The translations under genes and the position numbers were made by a program. Shown one piece after another: positions 1 to 9,456 of a stretch of DNA of 32,000 nt. The notes below the pieces were generated by a model that ran no database searches, had not been told where the DNA came from, and saw only the letters and a list, made by a program, of their open reading frames with translations. Numbering within the stretch: position 1 is the first letter of the stretch; each line of letters begins with the position of its first letter. Source of the DNA: Crocosphaera subtropica ATCC 51142 (lineage in GTDB: Bacteria; Cyanobacteriota; Cyanobacteriia; Cyanobacteriales; Microcystaceae); contig NC_010546.1 of assembly GCF_000017845.1 (NCBI RefSeq), forward strand, positions 4,770,001 to 4,802,000, in the 5' to 3' direction.

Positions 1-4
1 TTCA

Positions 5-72
5 ATTGTCATGCCGAGGTAACCAGGAATCTTATTCACCTCCTAACCATAATCAATACTGTAGTGCTATAG
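5..72. repeat. Dispersed intergenic repeat, family B, copy 1 (partner at 28043..28105)
   Basis: TTGTCATGCCGAGGTAACCAGGAATCT...CTAACCATAA...GTAGTGCTATAG aligns by eye at about 80% with 28043..28105. Both copies end 7-8 nt from the stop codon of a minus-strand gene. Confidence 0.6.
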
Positions 73-79
73 TTTTCTA

Positions 80-1006
80 TCAAGAAGGAGATTTTTTATG
101 ATGACCATGAAAACGAATCCCTAAAAAGACATCATAGAGAAAATTCCAAAGATTTTTTCCTTGTAATAATCCTAAAGATTGCTCACATCCTTTGGCATCT
201 AATAAAGGTTTCGTTGCATGGTAAGCTGGTTTATATTTATACCAAGGAATAGACGGCCATAAATGATGAACTAAATGATAGTTTTGACCAAAGATTAAGA
301 TGTTCAAAATCGCACTAGGATAAACCCTGGCATTTTTCCAGCGATCCCGTTCTTCAAAAGGCCGATGGGGTAAATAATCAAAAAACAATCCTAAAGCTAC
401 TCCTACCACTAAAGCAGGAACAAACCAGAAATTCATAACGTAACCAATAAACCCGTAATGAATTCCCAAAAAAACGATAGTAAAGAGAAATAATCTACTT
501 AAAAACCATTCTAAAAGTTCGTATTTTTTCCACAAACGACGCTTAAAAAAGAAAATTTCGTGATAAAAAAAACGTGCTGCGATCATCCATAGCGGACCAC
601 CTGTTGAGACAAAATGATCGGGATCATTATCAGGATCATTAACGTGAGCATGATGTTGCAGATGAACCCGTGTGAACACAGGAAAGGCAAACCCTAGCAT
701 CAAGGCACTCCCATGACCTAAAATAGCATTGATAATGCGATTACGGTGAGCAGCATTGTGAGAAGCATCATGGATGACTGTACCTGATAAATGTAGGGCA
801 AGAACGCTACAAACAAAGCAGATCCAATTTGACCATTCCCATATCCAATAACCGCAAATCGAACAACCAATGAGGGATAAAGCGGTAAAAAACATCACCA
901 CGTTGGGATTGAACCCTCCTGGGGGTTTGAGAAACTCTCTAGGGACTGTTTGCAGCGTCTGTGCCGACTGCATGGCTGTTTCTTGCTCCTTTATCGACAT
1001 TATCAT
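80..1006 (-). CDS. crtR: Membrane di-iron hydroxylase/desaturase family protein, most likely CrtR-type beta-carotene hydroxylase
   Basis: 308-aa ORF with three His boxes (HDASHNAAH, HLQHHAH..DPDH, HLVHHLWPSIPWY) and several hydrophobic helices. This is the pattern of cyanobacterial CrtR and the fatty-acid desaturase superfamily. Confidence 0.7.
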   Translation of the reverse strand: MIMSIKEQETAMQSAQTLQTVPREFLKPPGGFNPNVVMFFTALSLIGCSICGYWIWEWSNWICFVCSVLALHLSGTVIHDASHNAAHRNRIINAILGHGSALMLGFAFPVFTRVHLQHHAHVNDPDNDPDHFVSTGGPLWMIAARFFYHEIFFFKRRLWKKYELLEWFLSRLFLFTIVFLGIHYGFIGYVMNFWFVPALVVGVALGLFFDYLPHRPFEERDRWKNARVYPSAILNILIFGQNYHLVHHLWPSIPWYKYKPAYHATKPLLDAKGCEQSLGLLQGKNLWNFLYDVFLGIRFHGHHKKSPS

Positions 1007-1271
1007 TAATCTTTGAGTAGTTTACACGATAACAGAAATTTAATAAAGATTTGTAACATTATCTCATCTTATGTAAGATGAGCGTTAAATTACGAAAACT
1101 CAAGGGAAACATATAGTACATTTATTCGTAAAACAACTCTACAAGTTAAGGATAGTTTATAGATTTGTCATTCCAGCAATAAAACATGAGTATTTTAATC
1201 ATTGCTGCTGAGATGACTTTAAACGAAATAAAACGTTAAAATTAAATAAAAAGTCAACAGAGCAAATAATT

Positions 1272-2657
1272 ATGATTAGTCAATTTTCCTGGAGTCAAAA
1301 TTGGTATCCTATTAGTCCATTAAGTTACCTTGATCCTTCTGTTCCTACCCCCATTACTATCTTGGGAAAAAAATTAGTTATTTGGCAGACTAAAAATCAA
1401 CAATGGGTGGTTATGGATGATCAATGTCCTCATAAATTAGCACAACTTTCCTTCGGAAAAATACAAGCTGATGGAACCTTAATGTGTCGTCATCATGGAT
1501 GGTGTTTTAATGAGCAAGGAAACTGTACAAAAATTCCTATGTTAGTAGAAGAAGAAGCGATAAAAACAGCTTGTAATAGTTCTCGATCTCAAGTAACAGT
1601 TTATCCCACACAAGTGAAGCAAGGATTATTATGGGTTTGGCCGGATAATCAAGAAACAGCATTTGAAGATTGCCAGTTAAAAGAACCTGCCATTATTCCT
1701 GAATGTGGGTTAGATGTTACCGCTACAGATTGGCATTTATCAGAAGTTCCTGTGGGTTATACTGTCTCATTAGAAAGTAGTTTTGATCCATCCCATGCTC
1801 AATTTCTTCATGAAGGATTAGCCGGGTTTTCTCCTGAAAAAACTATACCAATTACATCTTTTAAAACAGTAAGTGAAATTTCAGCCGAAGCAGGTTTTAC
1901 CTTAAAACATAGTGGTTATAATATTTTTAATCAGGATATGGAAGCAACTCGGCAATTTAGTCCACCTTGTTGTAATACAACTATTTATCGTTATCCTAAC
2001 GGGAATATGATGTTAGCACAACTCTACTTTATTCCCACCGAACCCGGCCGATGTCGTTATATTGGTAAGTTTATTACCAGTATGAATTTTTCACAAAAAA
2101 ATATAATCTTAGATCGTCTCCCTAAGCAATTAAGGACAGGCTTTAAACATTTATCCAATTATCAATTAAGCGACCAAGATTTAACGGTCATGCACGCTCA
2201 AGAAACCTTACAAATGACTGTAGAGAAACCTTGGCATAAAAGTTATTTTTTACCAGCTAGTGCTGATGTTGGTATTATCACCTTTCGTCAATGGTTAGAT
2301 AGGTTTGCTGGAGGAAAACCAGCATGGGAAAATGCAAAAGCTCATCCCTATCAACCCTTGACAGAGGAACAATTATATGAGCGTTGGCATCGACATACAA
2401 AATATTGTCCCAGTTGTCGAGCTTCTGTAGATTTCTTAGGAAAATTACAACAATATTCTCGCTATTCAATGATTATCTTTTCAGTTTTTACCTTACTTTT
2501 ATTAGTCATACCGGTATCAATCAAACTGTCTATTGTTTCAACTATTTTAGCTGTTATTAGTGTTTTCGTCTCTTTAATTTCTGATGATTTCCGTTATAAA
2601 TTCATAAGTGGTTTACCGAAACAGGGATTACCTGTTAGAAAACTTTATGATAATTAA
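1272..2657 (+). CDS. Rieske [2Fe-2S] non-haem iron oxygenase, PaO (pheophorbide a oxygenase-like) family, with C-terminal membrane anchor
   Basis: Rieske motif CPHKLAQLS..(17)..CRHHGWCF. Mononuclear iron motif ESSFDPSHAQFLHEG. C-terminal CPSC plus a hydrophobic tail. Confidence 0.85.
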   Translation: MISQFSWSQNWYPISPLSYLDPSVPTPITILGKKLVIWQTKNQQWVVMDDQCPHKLAQLSFGKIQADGTLMCRHHGWCFNEQGNCTKIPMLVEEEAIKTACNSSRSQVTVYPTQVKQGLLWVWPDNQETAFEDCQLKEPAIIPECGLDVTATDWHLSEVPVGYTVSLESSFDPSHAQFLHEGLAGFSPEKTIPITSFKTVSEISAEAGFTLKHSGYNIFNQDMEATRQFSPPCCNTTIYRYPNGNMMLAQLYFIPTEPGRCRYIGKFITSMNFSQKNIILDRLPKQLRTGFKHLSNYQLSDQDLTVMHAQETLQMTVEKPWHKSYFLPASADVGIITFRQWLDRFAGGKPAWENAKAHPYQPLTEEQLYERWHRHTKYCPSCRASVDFLGKLQQYSRYSMIIFSVFTLLLLVIPVSIKLSIVSTILAVISVFVSLISDDFRYKFISGLPKQGLPVRKLYDN

Positions 2658-2727
2658 TTAATGACTGTATTAACTAACTGCTTGCTATAATTAACTATGC
2701 TTACCTTTAAGGAGCAGTATCATCAGC

Positions 2728-3183
2728 ATGGGTCAAATATGGCGATATCTTAAAGCTGTGATGGGAGTTATTTTCCGTCATCCCATTACAGGTGCAACCA
2801 TTATTCCGGTGCTTCCTGATGGCAGTATTGTTTTGATTCAACGAAAAGATACGGGACAATGGGGACTACCCGGAGGAATTGTTGACTGGGGAGAAGATAT
2901 TATCACCACAGCCAAACGAGAATTAAAAGAAGAAACAGGGTTAGAATTATTAAAAGTTCGCCGATTAGTTGGGGTTTATTCTTCTATAGATCGTGATCCC
3001 AGAATGCACTCAATTTCTGTCTTAATCGAAGCAGAAGTAACTGGCAATTTTGCAGTAGAAGATACCCTAGAAGTGATAGGAATTGAAGCCTTTTCTCCTG
3101 ATAATTTACCCTTAGGAAATCTCTCCCATGATCACGATCGCCAGCTAAATGATTATTTACAAGGGCTAACTGTATTAGCTTAA
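2728..3183 (+). CDS. NUDIX hydrolase
   Basis: Nudix box GLPGGIVDWGEDIITTAKRELKEETGL (GX5EX7REUXEEXGU) in a 151-aa ORF. Confidence 0.9.
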   Translation: MGQIWRYLKAVMGVIFRHPITGATIIPVLPDGSIVLIQRKDTGQWGLPGGIVDWGEDIITTAKRELKEETGLELLKVRRLVGVYSSIDRDPRMHSISVLIEAEVTGNFAVEDTLEVIGIEAFSPDNLPLGNLSHDHDRQLNDYLQGLTVLA

Positions 3184-3196
3184 TCTGATTACCAAC

Positions 3197-3470
3197 AAAC
3201 TTAATAATCATGAGAAGATAAGCATTCAGCCCTCAGTGTTCAGTATTATAGAAATATAGCTGACGGCTGATGGCTGAACCCTTACAAACTAGCTGATTTA
3301 ATCGAACCTGAGTTCGACGGAAGAGAATCTATGGAAAACTGACAACCAACAAGAAGTCTCAAACTCTGATTCCCTCGTTAAAAAAATTCTAACTCCGTTA
3401 CGTAGCACGACGTAGTCGCACTCCGAACTCCTAACACCGAACTCACGTTAATCGAAGGTGCAAGATATGA
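3197..3470. repeat. Dispersed repeat family A, copy 1, interrupted by a nested insertion. The uninterrupted inverted copy is at 27895..28008.
   Basis: 3197..3306 plus 3448..3470 align by eye with the reverse complement of 27895..28008. The core 3219..3284 has terminal inverted arms TAAGCATTCAGC/GCTGAACCCTTA and three tandem heptamers GCTGACG GCTGATG GCTGAAC. Confidence 0.7.
3298..3456. mobile_element. MITE-like insertion (141 bp, 3307..3447) flanked by a 9-bp direct duplication TTAATCGAA
   Basis: TTAATCGAA occurs at 3298..3306 and 3448..3456. The insert ends are inverted (CCTGAGTTCG... / ...CGAACTCACG). The paralogous copy at 27895..28008 lacks the insert and has a single ATCGAA site. Confidence 0.6.
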
Positions 3471-3509
3471 GTTATGGATGGGGATTCACTGGTATGAAAC
3501 AAGATTAAA

Positions 3510-6500
3510 TTAGATAATAAAGTTACCTAAATTATTCAATTCAGTGGTTTCAACTCCTAAAACAAAAAGGAGTTTTTTCGATTTAGCTTCCTCTGAAAAC
3601 CCATCAGAATCAACGGTCACAAGAGTACCTATACCACGAGAAACAAAACCCAGATAACCTTCTGCGATCGGATCAATCCCTTCAAATTCAATCTCATCTA
3701 AAAGTTGACTCAGATCAATTGTGTCTTTACCGACTTGAAAATCAATCAAGATGTCTCTACCATCTTTTAAACCAGTGTAGACGATAGTATCTTCGCCACC
3801 ACCACTAATAATAATATCCCGACGTTCAAAACCTGTGATTCTATCATTATGGTGAGTTCCTAGAAGAAAATCGCTCCTACGGGTTCCTTCAATGATATTA
3901 GGAGGGGTTTCAAAAGTAAAACTAGCCAACACTGGATCATGATCGCTTGCAAGGGACTCTGTTGCTGCAAATTCAGAATTGATATTCACAATATCAATCT
4001 CAGCATTATTGAATAAACTATCACTGACTAAAATATGATCCAGTTGTTGAGAGTTTCCTTGGAAAATAAAGCTATATCGCTCATCTTCAGCAATATTATT
4101 GACCAAGTTGCTTAAAACCGCATCACCACCTGTGATCGTCTCCTGGCCATTGTTGGTACTTTCTAGGGTTCCTTCTAAAATTGGTAAGGGTGAAACGAAC
4201 TCAAACTCGTTTAAGTCTCCTAACACCACAACATTTCCATTGGGATCGTTACTCAAAACCCCGTCAACAAAATCGTTGACTGCTTGTGCTTGTTCTCTAC
4301 GTTCATTCAGAGAACCATTAACCGTGATATCTTCTTGACGAGCAGCAAAATCTTGTTCAACTCCGAAAATGGGTGCGCTACCCCCTTTTGAGGAAAAATG
4401 GTTATTAATAACGGTGACAATTTCCCCCTGAAATTCAAAGTCAACCGCTAAGGGTAAACGTGCGCCGTTGAAGGGTTCCCCAGATACTTGTGAGCCAATG
4501 GGTTGCACCGAAGCAACGCTCACTTGATTAGGATCATAAAGATAAGCAGTACGAATATTACCCCCAGGTTGACCCCCACTTTGATTATTGGTGATAAAGG
4601 TGTTATCGATAAATTCGTATTGAGGACCACCAGCATCAACGATAGCATCTACCAACCGTTGCAGCGTTTGATCAGCCGAAACAGTTCCATCGTCAACGGA
4701 ACCACTGTTATCTTGGATTTCCTGTAAACCAATAATATCGGGACTGTTGAGATTATTGATAATTTGTTGAGCAATGGTATCAAAGCGGCCATCCGCTACG
4801 TCCGTATCTCCGTCGTTATCGTTGGGATCAAGGTTCAATACATTGTAGGTAGCAATGGTTAGGTTATCCACTGTATTGTTAATCGTGGTGGTTTCTGGAG
4901 TTAACCCGGCAGATTGAATATTCCCAGTAAAGTTAACAGTTGGCACAATTTGGAAATTACCAAAGTCGTAACTAATCACCCCAGTCACATCCCCTAAACT
5001 GTCTCCCGTATTCACTTCTGGATTATCAAAACCAGACACATCAAAATCGGTGTCAATTTGGATTTTTTCGGGGTTGAAATCATCAGAACTAATATTCAGG
5101 GTTCCTCGTTGACTAATTCCGGTGGTGTTGCTGCCTTGGTTAGTAACTGCGAAAATTTCCCCAAAACGATTAGTCCCTGACACAGCGACTAAATCCTCTG
5201 CGGTGACTAACATCCCTTCTAAGGACTCGAAAAAGTCAATGCCATCATTAACCGGATCAAAAGATGTAAAGGCATCATCATCGATATGAGTAGAGGGTGG
5301 AATTCGTCCACCAGTACCGATTACAGTGGCTACAGGAAGCGCATTCCCTTGAGAAAGGGTAGAAATAGTCGGACCACTAATTTGAGTGGTGGATAGGTTA
5401 CCGGTGCTAACACCACCAGGAACAAATTCTGAAACCGTTCCCGTCACTTCTAATTCATCTCCGACCATAACCCCCGGTGCGCCATTGGTAAAGACGAAAA
5501 TCCCATCTGAGGTAGCTATGTCACCATCTCCTGCGGGATCTTGTAGATAAAATCCGTTATTATCCACTGCGGTAACAATCCCTGTGGTGGTAACGGTCGT
5601 CCCTTCTAAAGTAGAAGTGTGACTGGTTCCTTGAATCTCGTAGATAAACGTCATTTCAGCAGGGGGAGGCGTAGAAGACTCGTTAACACTGCCGGGGGTT
5701 GGGGTTTGAGCAATAAAAGACCCTGTTGCATCGGGAACCCGACTGAGGGAGTCGTTATCGTCTCCATTGGGCCCTGAGTTTTCGTTAAATTGGATAGTTT
5801 GTCCTAAACCATTGAGTAACTCTGCGTCATCAGCATCGTTGGTGCCATAGGCGATCGCATCGATTAAATTACTTGAGGTGACGGGGGTTCCACTAGGGAA
5901 GTCTGAAGCATCCCCTGCGTATAAAGCAACCGCATCCGCTCCATTTTGCAGACTATTGGTGGTAAAGGCCACTAAATCAACATTCGGCACCATAGCACTG
6001 CCAATGACAAAAAATCCTTCAGGGTTAGTGGTTTGACCGTCAAGATCGATGGCATTGTAAGATACATCGCCGTTCCCGTTGTACAAGACCACCACTAAAC
6101 CATCCAGGGAGGTATTACCCACGCCACCGTCATAGAGTTCGATAAATTCAACAGAATCGGTTCCAGGGGTATCGCTATCAATTTCATTAATGATTACATT
6201 GGCCACAGAACCCCCTGTGGTTGCTGAGGTTGGGGTGTTAGCTGACCCTAAAAAGAAATCGCTGATTACCCAATCACTGGCTTGATCTGTATCTACGCCA
6301 TCGTTCACCCGTCTAGCGCCGGCCGGGAAAAAGGAACCATCTGGTCCAATCACTGGAGTCCCAAAGAAAAAGGTATCCCCGATATCCCCATCCCTTAGTG
6401 CAACGGCATCAAGAACTGCCTCACTCCCTGTCACTGTAGTCCCAGACAAACTGCTGGTTTCCACTAGGGCAAAGGTTTGACTACTATTTTCCAGAAAGTT

Positions 6501-7268
6501 ATCACTAATCTCAAGATCAGGGGTAACGCCATAGTTAGTTCCTAAACCGATGGGATTTCCAATCAAAAAAAAGCTGTTATCGCCGATGACATGGGTAGCA
6601 TCAAAATCAATGCGACGGTCAATGGTTCCTTCTAGTCCACTGTCCCCTTCAACAACAATTAAACTCAAGCCATCGAGAGAGGTTTGAGGAATGCCAAACA
6701 GTTCGATAAATTCGGTATCGTCGGTTCCTGTGTGACTGGCATATATTTCATTGAGAACGACTGTAGACTTGGCATTGACAAAGGTTTGATGACTATTAAT
6801 CTCACCAGGGGTATCGTCAGTTTGCACTGTCCAGGTGAACTCCTCTGCTTGACTACCGATTCCGATGAGTTGCAAGGACGCACCGACACGAGTATCGCTG
6901 GATTCTAGGACACCAATATCAGTGGTAGTTAACCCTTCTGCTGGACCAGACACGGCGGTAAAACTGCCTTCATAGCTCAAAAATTGAACAACATTACCGC
7001 TATTATCAATTAAGGCAATGCCATCAGGGGAACCGTTTTGAATACCGTTAGTGGGAAAGGGGATAGTAACAAATCCAAACCCGTTACGAGGATTGGTAAA
7101 GGTTTGTCCCGATAAATCAATCGTATTGTAGGGAACCCCCGTTGCACCATTGTATAAAATTAGGCTCCAACCTGTGAGATCCAAACCGAGTAAACCGACT
7201 AATTCAATAAATTCGCCACTGTCTGTTCCACTATTATCATAGTGAAATTCATTGATAAATACACTCAT
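3510..7268 (-). CDS. nucH: Extracellular nuclease of the ExeM/NucH type: three lamin-tail domains, an OB-like domain, an endonuclease/exonuclease/phosphatase (EEP) domain and an RTX-like C-terminal tail
   Basis: 1252-aa ORF. LTD signatures INEFHYDNSGTDSGEFIEL, LNEIYASHTGTDDTEFIEL and INEIDSDTPGTDSVEFIEL. OB-like segment IYEIQG...GFYLQD. EEP motifs TYNVLNL, GLQEIQDN and SDHDPV. C-terminal repeats GTHHNDRIT, SGGGEDTIV and DTIDLSQL. No signal peptide. Confidence 0.85.
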   Translation of the reverse strand: MSVFINEFHYDNSGTDSGEFIELVGLLGLDLTGWSLILYNGATGVPYNTIDLSGQTFTNPRNGFGFVTIPFPTNGIQNGSPDGIALIDNSGNVVQFLSYEGSFTAVSGPAEGLTTTDIGVLESSDTRVGASLQLIGIGSQAEEFTWTVQTDDTPGEINSHQTFVNAKSTVVLNEIYASHTGTDDTEFIELFGIPQTSLDGLSLIVVEGDSGLEGTIDRRIDFDATHVIGDNSFFLIGNPIGLGTNYGVTPDLEISDNFLENSSQTFALVETSSLSGTTVTGSEAVLDAVALRDGDIGDTFFFGTPVIGPDGSFFPAGARRVNDGVDTDQASDWVISDFFLGSANTPTSATTGGSVANVIINEIDSDTPGTDSVEFIELYDGGVGNTSLDGLVVVLYNGNGDVSYNAIDLDGQTTNPEGFFVIGSAMVPNVDLVAFTTNSLQNGADAVALYAGDASDFPSGTPVTSSNLIDAIAYGTNDADDAELLNGLGQTIQFNENSGPNGDDNDSLSRVPDATGSFIAQTPTPGSVNESSTPPPAEMTFIYEIQGTSHTSTLEGTTVTTTGIVTAVDNNGFYLQDPAGDGDIATSDGIFVFTNGAPGVMVGDELEVTGTVSEFVPGGVSTGNLSTTQISGPTISTLSQGNALPVATVIGTGGRIPPSTHIDDDAFTSFDPVNDGIDFFESLEGMLVTAEDLVAVSGTNRFGEIFAVTNQGSNTTGISQRGTLNISSDDFNPEKIQIDTDFDVSGFDNPEVNTGDSLGDVTGVISYDFGNFQIVPTVNFTGNIQSAGLTPETTTINNTVDNLTIATYNVLNLDPNDNDGDTDVADGRFDTIAQQIINNLNSPDIIGLQEIQDNSGSVDDGTVSADQTLQRLVDAIVDAGGPQYEFIDNTFITNNQSGGQPGGNIRTAYLYDPNQVSVASVQPIGSQVSGEPFNGARLPLAVDFEFQGEIVTVINNHFSSKGGSAPIFGVEQDFAARQEDITVNGSLNERREQAQAVNDFVDGVLSNDPNGNVVVLGDLNEFEFVSPLPILEGTLESTNNGQETITGGDAVLSNLVNNIAEDERYSFIFQGNSQQLDHILVSDSLFNNAEIDIVNINSEFAATESLASDHDPVLASFTFETPPNIIEGTRRSDFLLGTHHNDRITGFERRDIIISGGGEDTIVYTGLKDGRDILIDFQVGKDTIDLSQLLDEIEFEGIDPIAEGYLGFVSRGIGTLVTVDSDGFSEEAKSKKLLFVLGVETTELNNLGNFII

Positions 7269-7298
7269 TTCTTTTTATTTGATTAGGATAGTATTTTA

Positions 7299-7358
7299 AA
7301 ACACACAATTTATCTCAAGTTTTTATGATTGTTGAAATAGCAATTTTATTGTGTGTTT
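7299..7358. promoter_or_regulatory. Perfect 11-bp inverted repeat AAACACACAAT/ATTGTGTGTTT in the nuclease leader/promoter. A third CACACAAT copy lies at 7382..7389.
   Basis: Arms at 7299..7309 and 7348..7358, 31-90 bp upstream of the ATG at 7268. Confidence 0.35.
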
Positions 7359-7403
7359 AAGGTAAACGTTTATCAAAATATCACACAATAAATCAGATTG
7401 AAA

Positions 7404-7446
7404 TTTAACTTGAAAAATTAAACTTTCCTTGAACTTTTCTTAACTT
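7404..7446 (+). promoter_or_regulatory. Pho-box-like array of direct 8-bp repeats (candidate SphR/PhoB site) upstream of the nuclease gene
   Basis: TTTAACTT (7404), ATTAAACT (7417), CTTGAACT (7428) and CTTAACTT (7439). The last three are exactly 11 bp apart. The published cyanobacterial consensus is PyTTAAPyPy(T/A). The units read on the strand opposite to the gene. Confidence 0.4.
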
Positions 7447-7556
7447 TTAAAAATCACAAAATATGGCATTACAAAAATTAGTAAAGATTAAAAAAGACCA
7501 GAGAATGGTAGTTGATTACCTTATCTCTTGGTCCAATCGTCTTGATTCTATGTGCT

Positions 7557-8909
7557 TTAACGCATGGTAACAAACTCTTCTGCCGAAGTGGGATGAATCC
7601 CAACGGTTGCGTCAAAATCAGATTTTTTCGCTCCCATTTTCACAGCGATCGCCACTCCTTGAATAATTTCAGCAGCGTAGTTGCCTACCATATGGGCCCC
7701 TAAGACTTTTTCCGTTTCTTGATGCACCACTAATTTCATCAGGGTTTTTTCGTCTTTTCCTGGTAAAACGTAGTACATAGGACGGAATTTACTGCGATAA
7801 ACTTTGATAGCGTCTTCTCCATACTGTTCTTTCGCTTCTGCTTCGGTTAAACCCACCGTAGCTGCTTCAGGGGTACTAAAGACAGCAGACGGAACATTCT
7901 CATAACTCATGGTGCGAGATTTTCCGCCAAAATGGGTATCAGCAAAGGCCCGTCCTTCATTAATGGCCACAGGGGTTAAATTAATTTGATCCGTACAGTC
8001 TCCCACTGCATAAATATTTTCTTGAGAGGTACAGCTATATTTATCAACAGCGATCGCCTCTTTTTTAACTTCAACCCCGGCATTTTCTAACCCTAAATTA
8101 TCTAAACTGGGTTTACGTCCGGTAGCTGCTAACCCGATAGTATCCGCTAAGACCATTTCGTTATTTTGGTCCCCTTGAACGGCAATTTTTAACCCTTGGG
8201 ATGTTTTTTCAATGGAGGTAATGGTACAATTTTTGAGGATTTGGATACCATGATGTTCCATTGATTCTTGAATGGTGGTTCTGATGTCTTCATCAAAGCC
8301 GTTGAGAATTTTATCCCGACGAATAATTTGAATAACATCCGATCCTAACCCACGCATAATACAGGCAAATTCTACCCCAATATAACCGCCTCCCCAGATT
8401 ACCAGCCGTTTTGGTTGTTCGGTTAGGGTAAACATATCATCAGAAATAATCGTATTTTCAATCCCTGGAATGTTAGGTCTAACCGGATGTCCACCCACTG
8501 CAATTAAAATTTTATCGGCAGTAACTTTAGTATTTCCTACTTCTATGGTGTGGGGATCAAGTAATTTTCCATAGTCTCGATAAACTTGGACATTTGATTT
8601 ATCTAACATCCGTTGATAAATACCATTAAGACGTTCCGTTTCTTGATTAACGGCGGTGATCATTTTTGACCAATCTAAGGTACTTTTAACTGGACTCCAA
8701 CCATAGCCTTGAGACTCCTGAAACTGCGCTGGAAAATGAGACGTATAAACCATTAATTTCTTAGGAATACAGCCTCGATTAACACAGGTTCCTCCTAAGC
8801 GATCATATTCTGCTAAACCCACTTTTGCCCCATATTCTGCGGCCCGTCTAGCAGTAGCAATCCCTCCTGAACCGCCACCAATGACGAATAAATCAAAATC
8901 ATAACTCAT
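7557..8909 (-). CDS. gor: Glutathione-disulfide reductase
   Basis: 450 aa. FAD motif GGGSGG, redox-active GGTCVNRGCIPKK, NADPH motif GGGYIG, C-terminal HPTSAEEFVTMR. Confidence 0.9.
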   Translation of the reverse strand: MSYDFDLFVIGGGSGGIATARRAAEYGAKVGLAEYDRLGGTCVNRGCIPKKLMVYTSHFPAQFQESQGYGWSPVKSTLDWSKMITAVNQETERLNGIYQRMLDKSNVQVYRDYGKLLDPHTIEVGNTKVTADKILIAVGGHPVRPNIPGIENTIISDDMFTLTEQPKRLVIWGGGYIGVEFACIMRGLGSDVIQIIRRDKILNGFDEDIRTTIQESMEHHGIQILKNCTITSIEKTSQGLKIAVQGDQNNEMVLADTIGLAATGRKPSLDNLGLENAGVEVKKEAIAVDKYSCTSQENIYAVGDCTDQINLTPVAINEGRAFADTHFGGKSRTMSYENVPSAVFSTPEAATVGLTEAEAKEQYGEDAIKVYRSKFRPMYYVLPGKDEKTLMKLVVHQETEKVLGAHMVGNYAAEIIQGVAIAVKMGAKKSDFDATVGIHPTSAEEFVTMR

Positions 8910-9456
8910 AATAATACAAATCTCCTAATTTTTTGGTATTTTTTTCCTTGTGCTTTGTGTCTTCTGTTCTACATCTTATCGCTTCTTGGGATAGTTGTTG
9001 GTAATATTTAGTCATCGATTAATCATCTTTCGTCCCTACAGACAGGATTAACATAAATTCTCTGTTTTCTTATTCAACTTGTCTATGAAATTGTGCAAGA
9101 AGTGGGATAAAAATTGGAGAAAAATCAAGGGGCGAAGGCTAAAAAATCAAGATAAACTTAAGACAAAGAGAAATCAAACTTTTGTTGAGATTGGGAGCAT
9201 CCTAAAGTTATAAATAGCCCTTTATTAATAATAGTTAATTCTAGGAATTTCACCCCGTCCCTCTATCTACCCGTTCCCCCGTCAATACTAAATAATACCC
9301 AGGTTATCAAAATTGATCAGAAAATTGTTATAGTATATCTTCCCATCGTTACCCAAGAGTGGGATGATAAAGACAAACCTTGGGGCAAATCATAGATCGG
9401 GAGTTGCCCACTCCACACTGATTGTTGTCTTATCGTAGTTTATTTCAAGAAAAATT

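Noticed and set aside
1167-1217. Imperfect inverted repeat GTCATTCCAGCAAT ... ATTGCTGCTGAGATGAC in the divergent crtR/Rieske promoter region. TTGTCATTCC also matches the start of repeat family B.
   Set aside because: The arms need a bulge and the shared 10-mer is short. I cannot distinguish a regulatory site or repeat fragment from chance without comparative data.
3310-3320. GAGTTCGACGG resembled a tRNA T-arm (GGTTCGA-like) sequence
   Set aside because: No acceptor stem, anticodon arm or cloverleaf can be built around it. It is the terminal inverted repeat of the nested miniature element.
4099-6908. Short ORFs nested in or antisense to the nuclease gene (4099..4338, 4503..4727, 6665..6889, 6684..6908)
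   Set aside because: They lie entirely within a 1252-codon ORF with clear domain content. They are typical shadow ORFs.
7512-7703. 63-aa plus-strand ORF overlapping the 3' end of gor
   Set aside because: It is antisense to a well-supported gene and has no motifs. It is retained only as a note, because the Pho-box-like repeats at 7404..7446 point in this direction.
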